A stretch of 64,000 nt of DNA, taken from Strigamia acuminata. Its lineage: Eukaryota. The DNA lies in assembly GCA_949358305.1 (NCBI GenBank), contig OX442314.1:28086001-28150000 (forward strand), written 5' to 3'. Shown in pieces: positions 34,201 to 45,066 of the stretch (position 1 is the stretch's first letter; every line of letters begins with the position of its first letter). Made by a program: the position numbers and the translations under genes. Below the pieces are notes generated by a model that saw nothing but the letters and a program-made list of their open reading frames with translations, was not told the origin of the DNA and ran no database searches.

Positions 34201-37200
34201 ATTCGAGAAGATGCTGTGGTTGTAAAACAATTTTTTTTAAACTTTTATGGTGTTTTTCTCCACATCTGTTGCAAGGGATCGTCTTTCAACTAGGGGATTG
34301 TTTATTTCACCAATTAGAGGGGTGAGGGTGTCGTGAGACCCAATCACAGGTCACGGGTCGGGGATTGTTCTATGTTTAGACAAAGTTTCTTGTTTCTGGA
34401 CATAACCCCGTGTGTCACTTGTTTTCGTGAGAGCGAGCTGACAACATCAGTTTACTGTTCTTGTCTGTTTTTCTTTCGAGGCGTTTTTCGTGTGTTTTCT
34501 GATCGATGAAGGTAAGCTGCAATTTTGATAAGACTTAGTCCATTTTTTTACATCATTTGCTGTGCTCTTCTCTCGATCTACGCCCGTGACCGATTGTTTT
34601 CTCACACCCTGACCCCGATCTTGTATAAACTAGCGCACGGGCTGGCAGCCTTCGGCCGCCGCTCACCGCTAGAGATGCTGGCGAATTGAATCGTTCTTCG
34701 ACTCGCCGCATCCGAATATCTTCACTGAAACACGGTTGATTACGATCAACATGTGTTCGGCGAGTATTTCAAAGCAACTTTTGTGTGAGGAAACCTGATA
34801 ATTTTTGCTGTTCCCTCTCACAAAACACTTCGTAACAATTTCTTTTTACATTGGTTTCGATTTACCATTCCATGGTTTCCCTGATTTTCTATCACTTCTG
34901 TTTCATTTTCTTGCTTTGTTTTCTTCCGATGTTCCTGTAAAAGTTTTTTTTATTTTTTTAATTAATCATTTCTAATTTTTTTTTGCACTTTATTCTTTTT
35001 TTTTGTTGCTCTTATCTTTTTTTTTGCCTCCATTCGCCGTGTCCCCGGTTTTTTCTGTGAAACAGGTGGGTATCGGCGACAGATTCACGAGTAGAGTGGC
35101 AAAGGTTAATTTTTTTTTGACCCGCGCCTAACCCCTCGGAATCTGTGCATCCCCATTTCTATTGTCCCTAATTGAGGTCAAAGACCTGCAGCTGGTCACT
35201 TGAGTCATCAGCGGCTTGATCAGAGACCGTCAGTCTAGGGGAACAATAGCATGTGGCGAGGGGTCGACGCCGCGGTAAAAGGAGCCGGGAAGTTCGCTTT
35301 CCGACTCACTCGTCACTGCGGCGCGACTCGAAGAAATCAAAATCCGCATCCATTTGGAGCTTTTCGTTCTTTTCTTTATTCTTCGACCCCTTCTTTGCTT
35401 ATTTTGCCCCGAACTCGAGTTTTTCGCTCTCGTTCGGTTTGGTTTTGTTTTTTGTTCATGTTTAGATTAAAGTTTTATTATTTCTTTTCTCTTTTCGCTC
35501 GCTCCGGGTAGAAAAGGTGTCTTTTCACTTTTTCACCCGCTCGCGTGCTTTCATTAATGTAATCCTCTTTGTCATCATCGATGCTCTGCTCGTGTGCTCG
35601 CGACTTGACTGGGTCTTGGTGCCGACGCCAAGGACTACCGGCATGCCGGCCCGTTGTGCAGAACGGTCCGCCATGTTGGTTGCGATTTACGTTGGAGTCA
35701 CCATCCCTTGCCTTGTCGTGTCGTGTTTGGAACTCGAGCAACCATCGTACCGTTAACCAAGCTCTAAGCTTTGGTCAGGATTCTATCATAACCCTGGTTC
35801 AATTTTCTTGAATCCAGGAAGGACTTTCGCTCACGTCATCGGGACGCCGAAGCTAGGCTTCCGCCAGCTCAGTGTTCTCGACGGTTGTGTAGCATCCGGT
35901 TATGTCACGCGCTTTGCGCATGATCAGGCACTTAGCATCGGGAGGCTGAATTTGTCGCCCCGCGTGCCGAGTTTTGTCCCCATTATTTCCCCATATCACA
36001 CTCTTCGTTTTACGCTATTTTTTCTATTCTTTTTTTTCTTCTTCAATCCCATGCGTTTTCGGTGGTTTTGACCAATTTATTGATTGTTTTATTTTCTATT
36101 TATCCTTTAGAAATCAGGAGATTCTGGTGATGATGGAGCGAACCAGTGGCGCATCTGCCCTGTTTGCCTCGGCGAACGGTGTCAGGTCGCGGCCAGCGGC
36201 TGGGAGTCCCCTTGCGGGAATTGTTTGGGACACGGATTAGTTCACTTCTCCGTGCCCAGACAGAGGTGGTTTGTGCGGCATTTGTCGAGGCAGGGTGGAG
36301 ATCGCCATCACACCCGCCCAACAACGACGTGGATGCAGGTGGATTCCTGGGAGTCCAGGACGCAGACGTTGGTGAGAAACGGGTTCGCGCTTCTCCCGCG
36401 TTGGCTTTGTTGGTCCTTGAAACCACTTCGGACGTTTATTTAACACTTTTTCGATGCGTAATGACGCTACCTGGACTTTTTCACATCATTGGTTATTATA
36501 TTTTTCTTTCCCCAAATGATTTAGTGTTTATTTCCTACTTAACTGGTTGTTACCAGTATATTTCCGTATATTTACTTTATATTGTAAGGGAAATGCATGG
36601 TGCCTGCATTAACTGTGTCTTAACACACTGGGCATCATGCATCGCCTATCTGTTTATACCTGTGTGTCGCTCGCTTCTGTCACCAGAGCGCACTGCCTTT
36701 TATTCCAAGATGGCGACGCACACTGCTAAGTGTGCTCCTGTGCATTTCAATCCTGTTTTCGTAAGTTTTAGGTTAATAAATCGTTTATTTTGTTTATAAA
36801 TATTTTGTTTCTCGTGTCTGCACGTAGATAAGTGCAGACACCACGCAAATTCGACCAGAACCGGCTCGAATTCGCGTACACGACGCGCCGCACGTCTCGT
36901 GCGTGCTATATCGTACGTGTTGGCTTATTTTTAAGCGTTTCCACTGCCTAGTCTGTGCTGTTTTTGCAGCATACCACCACAATTGGTAGCAGAGGACTGG
37001 AAAGACACCAGGGCCTCGCTTTTTTCCTTAATTTTCCACAATTTTCGCGATTTTTTCGCGAATTTTGCGGAAATTTTCTATATTTTCAGATTTTTCGCCG
37101 ATTTACAACGTTTTTTCGACATGCGACGACGTCTACACGACGTTACCATCGAGAAACGGGTGTAACCCGCTGTTTAGCACCCCGGAGTGCGACAGTATCG

Positions 37201-39825
37201 ACGATTTTCGTTTATTTTTCGCGATTTTTCGGTTAAAATCGCACATATCCGTGTTTTTCACACGAGGATCGCGTGTTGCGACGTGCACCGCGACTGATTC
37301 GTCAATTTCGCCTTATTTTGCCTTTCAGAGTCGAATTACCTTTGTTCCCGGATCTAAACCACAACAGATCCAGATGTATTCCAACGTCCTATCATCTCCT
37401 CCGCCTCCCGTTGCCACGACTAAGGCAGTCCCACCTCCTAAAAAGGTTATAACGCCGGCTGCGAACGTTGCGGATGCCACGGGATTATGGCATGCCAGGT
37501 TGGGCCATCTCCACACCAAAGCCATGCGGACTTTGGCGAACAATTCCCAAGTTTATGGACTCGATCCGGCTGCGGTTCGACAAGAACTTTCCTGCAACTC
37601 ATGTCGCATTGCCAAGTCCACACGCGCCTCGCATAAACCGATTCCCACACCTTCGACGACCAAACCGTTGGAGTTGCTGCACATGGACGTCTGGGGCCCG
37701 TCAAGACTGACTTCGATTGGCGGTGCTGATTATGCCTTCTCCATTGTTGACGACGCGACCCGATATTCGTGGATTTTTCCGATTGCACGCAAATCCGACG
37801 TCTTCACAACTTTCAAAGACTTTGTTTCTCGCGTTGAACGCATTACGGATTCCCGCGTCAAATCAATTCGCACGGATCGCGGCGGGGAATTTATTTCTAA
37901 GACTTTTGACCGTTACCTCGCTGACAAGGGCATTGTCGCACAACGGACCAATCCCGGAAGCCCACAAATGAACGGGGTCGCCGAACGCCTAAACCGGACG
38001 ATGGGCGACTATCTTCGCTCTATTACCTCCGAAACCGGTCTTCCGCACACACTTTGGGCTGAACTCGCTGTGACATTTTCGTACGTTAAAAATCGCAGCC
38101 CGCATTCGAAGCTTAACGACGAAGTTCCATATGTGTTGTGGCGCCAGCGTGCCCTCTCCGTCAAACATTTCCGAAAAATTGGTTCTAAATGCTGGGTGCA
38201 TTTCACCGCACCCGGGCGCAACAAAATGGATCCACGGGCGTGGGAAGGATTTCTAGTCGGTTACGCCTCCAACACTCGCGGTTATCGAGTTTGGAATCCG
38301 GCTACGAACACCGTCACGGAATCCGTTCACGTTCAAATCGATGAACGCCAGAATTTCAAATGCTCGCCGTTTTACGTTCCGGATCCGTACGAAAATGCTC
38401 CATTCATGGAGGAGCCTTCTCGCGTCACTACACCGTCTCGTGTCACTTTTGACGATGGCGCTTTCCCATCTGTCCCCTGGTCACGTCGACGTCGTGATTC
38501 CGACGATGAATCGTCTAATGACGATGATGAATTCCGCCATCGGGCTCCGTCAAGCGCTTCATCAGTCGCTTCATATCGCTCCGTCCTTGAGGAGGTCGAA
38601 GAGGACATTGCTGATGAATTGCCTCCTCCTATTCTGTTTGCGGACGATGTACCGGAGGACATCGGTTTGGACGTCACGCCTGACCCACCACTTCCGCTTT
38701 ACCGTCCTCGGAGGAGATTACGTCCCGACGCTTTGGCTCGTCAACCTCACACCCCTGAGGCCAGCGATAGTGAACTCGACGTTGATCACGATATCGAACA
38801 ATTTTTCGAACGCTATCCCGAACGTGATTCCGAGCACGACCCCGAAGATGATCCACTTGATAATCTCCTCGATGATCTCCTCGATAAGGCAGCCGCCTTA
38901 CCAGCGGCCGCTGCAACGCCTGCACCGCCCCTCGCTCCGTTACGCGCTCTTCACTGCCCCTATCGTTTTATTGGTGGAGATACGCCCTTCAGCGGATGGA
39001 GGAGGGAAGAGCATCTCCGGAAAGAACAAGCGCCTGGCAAAATCAAGGTCGACGTTTATTACTATCCGGAGCACGGTGTCCGCTTAAGGTCGAGAGGGGA
39101 CATCGAAAGATATTGCGTCGCTCACCAACTTCCGTATGAGGAGGACATTTTCTTTTTCGGCAACCTCGAACATCAATTGCAGGACGAGCAACCTGTTCAT
39201 CGCGTCCTTATGTGTTTTCGAGAGCCGTCCACGTACGCCGAAGCTGTTAAGCTACCCGAGGCACCGAAGTGGACCGAGGCAATCGATGAGGAGCTCACGA
39301 CTTTCAAGGAACGCGAAGTTTATAAGGAAGTTCCACGACCCCCGGACAAGACAATCCTCGGGTGTAAATGGATTTTTCGGTTGAAATCGGATGCCACCGG
39401 GAAAATTCACCGCTACCGTGCTCGACTTGTCGCACAAGGTTTCCGCCAAACAATGGGCGTTGATTTCGATGAAGTTTTTGTTGAATAGTGTTGCAAACTT
39501 CTGCAAATAGTGACAAATGTAGTGGATTGGAAAAACACATCAGGTGAAAGAAAGAGACATCATGTTAACAGGTGAGAACCAAAACATCAAGTGATCTTTA
39601 TTGATTGGTCACATGACCTCAATGCAAAAAGCGCCACCTGTAGGCAGCATACAGACACTGTATGTAAACAAACATTGCGATCACTCGCGTTGGCCAAACA
39701 CATACACTAACACTTAGTTACATGATAATACGTAAAGATATATATACACACATGTTGTAAAAGTGATTGCTTACCAATATACATTATATCTTAACATTCG
39801 GCCCCCCGTATTATCTCATTTCTTA

Positions 39826-42800
39826 TTAAGCCCGCAAAAAGCTCAAATCAACTAAGAAGCGATCGCAAAACTTTACCAAGTCAGCTTTGTCAACTGACTT
39901 TGTAAAAGTGTCGGCATGATTGGACTTTGTGCCTACGTGAACGATTAGAAGATTATCTCTTTTAACAAGTTCTCTTATAAAATGGTAACGGATGTCAATG
40001 TGCTTTGTTTTTCTATTCTCAACACAAGATTTTGTGAAGTCCACTGCTGATATGTTGTCGCACATGACATAATGAGAGAATCTTCCAGCCAATTCAGGGG
40101 ATATTTCGTGCAGAACACGAACAATCCAAATATAGTCCTTAACAGTTTCTGTAAGGGCTACGTACTCCGCCTCCATTGTTGACAGTGTCACGTTCCGTTG
40201 TTTGAAGGTCCGCCAGTAGATGGGTGTGCTACCCAAAGTCACTAGTGTTCCTCCAACGGAAATTCGGTCGTCTCTGTTGTTCGCATAATCGGAGTCGCTG
40301 TATCCGATTACCTCGATCCGATCATTCGGGAACAACATTAATCCGTGGTTTCTTGTTGTTCTCAGATAACTGAGTAAGTCGAGTAGCGCAACCCAGTGGT
40401 CCCACCCTGCATTTGATTGAAATTGGCTCAGGATGTTCACTGCATAAGTCATGTCGGGCCTTGTTCTCGACGCGATGAATGCTAAACATCCAAGTAAACT
40501 TCTATATGGAATTACTTCCATGACTTTGAATTCATCAATTGTGTCCGGACAATCTCGTTTCGTGAGAACAGTTGCTTTCGTCATCGGTTGAGATCGAATC
40601 TTCACATGTTCCAAGTGATTTTTGAACTTCAACAACACTTTGTTCACGTACGATCTTTGATGTAGAACCAATTGTTGTTTGTGCGAGTGAAATTCGACTC
40701 CTAGCAACTTCTTCGTTTGTCCGAGAATCACTAAATCGAATTGCGTTCCAATCATGTTGAGTATTTTCATCGCATCTTCGTACTGCTTTCCGAAGACAAC
40801 GATATCGTCAACGTAGACGATTAGATACGCAATGTCTCCGTATTTATAAACGCAATTGCACCAATTGACGTGTTCTAGTCCTAATTTCAATAAAGTCTCC
40901 TCCAGTTCTATTCCCCATTCTCTTCCAGACTGGTGCAAGCCATAGATGGCTCGGAGGAGCCTGCAGACATAGTTCTCCTTGCCTTCAATGATGAAACCTT
41001 TTGGCTGGCGCATGTAGACTGTTTTATGCAATTTTGCATAAAGGTATGCACACTTGACGTCTGCCTGAATGTATGACCATTTGAGCATACAGACGAGTAG
41101 CGTGAACATAAAGCGCACGATTGAAAAGTCTACCACGGGTGAGAATGTCTCCTCATAGGATTCGCCGTAGACTTGGGAAAACCCTTGCGCGACAAGTCTC
41201 GCCTTATAACGTGCAATTTCTCCCTCTTCGTTCTGTTTGGTCGTATAAATCCATCTGCAACCCACTATCTTAGTGTTGGGCGGCGGTGGAACAAGTTCCC
41301 AAACCTCGCGCTCATGCATGGTGTCAATTTCATCGTTCATCGCTTGGCGCCATTCATCCTTTTCGGGTAAAGTCGCAATTTCCTCATAACGTACGGGTAA
41401 GTGGACCTCTAGATGATTGGCTTCGAAGTTGATATTGATATCGTCAAAGTCCACGTCAAGACTATCTGTCGTCGTGTTTGATTCTGAGGGCTTTTTCTTT
41501 CTTTTGTCCTCAAACAGATGCTCTGGTACGCGAAGATTGTGGTCAGTACAGTAACGCTTCACCTCGGGTATCGAGCGTAACTTGGGTTTGTCGTAGCCCT
41601 CGATTGTGTACTCGACATCTCTCTGTCCAGTCGGTCTGACTTTCTCCGTTTTCTTCCAAACTAATGCTGGAATGGTTGGAACTGGATTCAAAAGTCCTTG
41701 TCCGGGTTGTGGCGAAGTGCCCTGCAACTTCACTTCTGGTAAATTATGATGCAACTTGTCATCTGGCAGTCTAAATTTCAATTTAACTGGGGGCAATTCC
41801 AGTTGTGGATCTTCCTTCTTCTTAACTGGTACTGGCGGGGGTAGCGGCGGCCTGACATCTTCATCCGAATAATATTGGCGCTCATTGTCAATGTCCAAAT
41901 TGTCGTCCAAATTATCGATGTATGTCGTGTATTTTTCTGGTAGGCCCAGCACGCCTTCAACACCGCGCCTGCTCTCCACGAACTTCACGTCGTTGGTTTC
42001 AATTACTTTGGAAAACTCCGGCAGCCACACTCTATATCCTTTTGTGATTCTTGAATACCCGAGCATAATGCCATGCAGACTCTTGTTGTCGATTTTGCCA
42101 TCTCGAATTCTTTTCTGCACAAAGCATAAGCTCCCGAATTTTCTCAAATGTCTAAGTGATGGTTTCCGTCCGTAATACAATTCCATCGGCGTCTTGTCCG
42201 AATTCAGCTTTGCGATCCTGTTCCTGAGATAGTTGAAAGTCAGGATGGCCTCTCCCCAGAATCGATGTTCCAAGCCGGCATCGTACACAAGCGCTCGCAT
42301 TCCATTTGCTAATGTCTGGTTGAGTCTCTCGGAAACGCCATTTTAGACTGGAGTGTACGCGTTAGTCCTCTCGTGGGCGATTCCTAGTCCTTGGAGGTAC
42401 TCTCCAAACTTGTTTGAGCAGAACTCCATCCCGTTATCTGTACGAATTGCGAGAACCAATTTCCCAAGCAATCGTTCTATTCGTTTCACGTGTTTTTGGA
42501 AAATGTCAAATACTTCGTCCTTCTTCTTCATTAAGTACACTGTCGAATAACGAGAGAAGTCATCCGTGATAGTTAAGAAGTATATGTTTCCCGAGAGTGT
42601 TGGTGTACTAAATGCTCCACACACATCCATGTGTAGCAATTGGAGTGGCTCTGTCGATCTAATTCCTGGCAACGACTTATGAGGAATCGCCTTCTTCTTG
42701 GCCAATGTGCAAACGTCGCATTGTGTAATTGGCACGTCCAAAATTGGCAACCCAATTACTGCACCTCCTTTGCTCATTGCTTGGACGCTTGGAAAATAGA

Positions 42801-44294
42801 TGTGTCCGAGCCGCTCATGCCAGAGTCTTGCTTCCTCAGGATTAGACGCACTCTTCGTTGTACTTTGTGTTGAAATAGTTAGCTCTTGTCTCTTCTGTTC
42901 ACCAACATTCGCTTTGTTATTCGCTTTCTGTCTTAGTTTTCAAAGTCGGGCTTCTGGTCGCTCAGTTTGATATAATATAGACGATCCTTTTTCACGCCTT
43001 CCATCAGTTGTCTCTTCCACTGAGGATCGTATATCTTGACCAGTCCAGAGCCAACGGCGACTTTGCATCGTGCTTCGTCAATGCACGGTCCCGACAATAA
43101 GTTTCTTCGCATGTCCGGCGCATAATAAACTTTCTTAAGCGTAATCGGAATTGTCTCGTTTCCGACTAAACTCATCACGCAGACGTCCCCGACGCCCTGG
43201 ATTTGAATTAAAGTTTTCTTGTCCGCCTGACTTATTGTCCCTGTCGTTTCCTTGAAGTTGAAGAACTGGTTCCTATCTTTACAAAAATGTCCAGTGGCCC
43301 CAGTGTCGTAGATCCAACAGTTGTTGGCTGCGCTGCACTGTAACATCTCTTCCTCGCTCAACTCGGTGAGAAAACCGACATCGAACATGTTTGTGTCCAA
43401 TTCTTCCGCTGTATTCGTGTTTTGGCTGTTGTTTGACGGTAATTGTGCCGTGCAATCCCTCGCCCAGTGCCCTGGTTGATTGCACCGAAAACACGGCCCC
43501 CGTCCTGGTGATCCCGTCGTGTTTCCTCGAAAATTCCGCGAATTTTTACCGCCTCGATAATTCGATTTGCCACCCCTTTGTCCGCCTCGGTTGTTTTGGC
43601 TGCTGTTTCCTTGCTGTTGTTGGGATTTAGACGAATTATCATTGTTCTTTGTGCTTGTTCCCATGTTGAAAGCGTCCGTAATTGGCGCTTGGCCCGAATG
43701 TCTGCGTTGTTGCGCGAGTCTGCCCTCCTCAGCGACCAATTCCGCTTCAACCTTTTCCAGTGTGAAATCCTTATCGTCCCATCGATAAATACTCTGCACA
43801 ATTGACTGGTATTCTTGTGGCAGGTATCGGATGAGCTGGAATGCCTGATACAAATTGTCCAAATCGTGTTTGACGTCGGCTAATCGCTTCGCCGCATTGC
43901 GTATCTTCGCCGCGAATACGCCGATCGCCTCCGTCGCTGGGTCGTACTTCAGATTGAAGAATTCGTCCAACAGACGTATTATTCTCGCCCTCGAGACCGG
44001 TTCGAAGTTTGTCTTAAGCGTGTCCCACGCTGTTTTCGCGTCCTCGGTCCCGCTGAGCAATTCGTGGTATTGCTCCTCAATGGCGTAGTAGATTAGGCTG
44101 AAAGCCCGCCCCTTTCGCAGTTGAAAGTCCGAGCGATCTCGCCAAGACGCTCCCGGTGCCAGGGCTTCTTGTGTTCCATCGGTGAAGGCCCAACATCAGT
44201 GGTGCATCAACAGCACTTTGATTTGCTGTTTCCACGTATCATAGTTCGTCCTATTCAAAAGTGTAATCTTCCGGTCGAGTTTTTCCGTGTCCAT
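39826..44294 (-). pseudogene. Copia G gag-pol with two in-frame stops (44196-44198, 42343-42345) and a frameshift near 42935
   Basis: CFRCNQPGHWARDC, WIYDTGATGH, WHERLGH...CDVC, HMDVCG, RTDNGMEF, YVDD, YSDSDY, ADTFTK; divergent MBD-like WKKTEKVRPTGQRDVEYTIEGYDKPKLRSIPEVKRYC at about 41540-41665. Confidence 0.92.
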
Positions 44295-45055
44295 TGTGAA
44301 TTTAGTGTCCAACACACCAGAAACACAGCAAAAACACACACAAGATTGCTCAAAAACACTTTGAAATACTGTTAATCGCAACTGGGTGCAGTGTTGCGAT
44401 GTTAGTTCGCTCTTAATACTATGTTAGTGTATCCTAGTAACAACACTAAGCTAATAATGGTATTCGAAAATAATAACGAAATAAACGAAATAAATTGTTC
44501 ATCTGTGATGTCTTCCTGCTGCAGATTCACCACTTGTATTGTGTCGACAGCTTCGAATCACACTTCACGTGTGGTTGAGAAAAATCGTCGTATTGTTGAT
44601 TTTTCCTCGTTTTTCCGTCTCTCGTCTCGAAAAAAAACCAGTTCCTTCGAGAATCTTCTCGTTTTTGGCAATTCCCTGCTCGTTCACACTTCCCGTGTGG
44701 TTGTCGAGCGTCGTCGTCCTCGCGTATTCGTCGTCGAGTTGTTTTCTCGGCGAAAATTAACGCCACGTCGACGTTACGTATCGCGCCTCGCGATATTCGG
44801 AGAAATCGTCCGAAAATGGCCAAAATAAACGTATTAAATAAATGTTCTATAATGTTCGAACCCAATTAATGATCCTGTGCCGCTTGATGACCAATAATCG
44901 CTTGTAGAACCGTGGATCCTTGGCCTAAGCACAGGTTGATTCCATTCCTCATGGACGCCGCCATCTTGGATTTTGAGGAGAAACGCCCACTTTTTCACCT
45001 GTGGTTGACTTGAGGTATTTCTCTTCACTCTGCCTGTTTTTCCCACGTTGTTTGT

Positions 45056-45066
45056 GGCCCATAACC
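45056..45066 (-). promoter_or_regulatory. PBS complementary to the anticodon arm of initiator tRNA-Met (half-tRNA priming type)
   Basis: GGTTATGGGCC one base inside the 5' LTR; same type as Drosophila copia. Confidence 0.8.
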
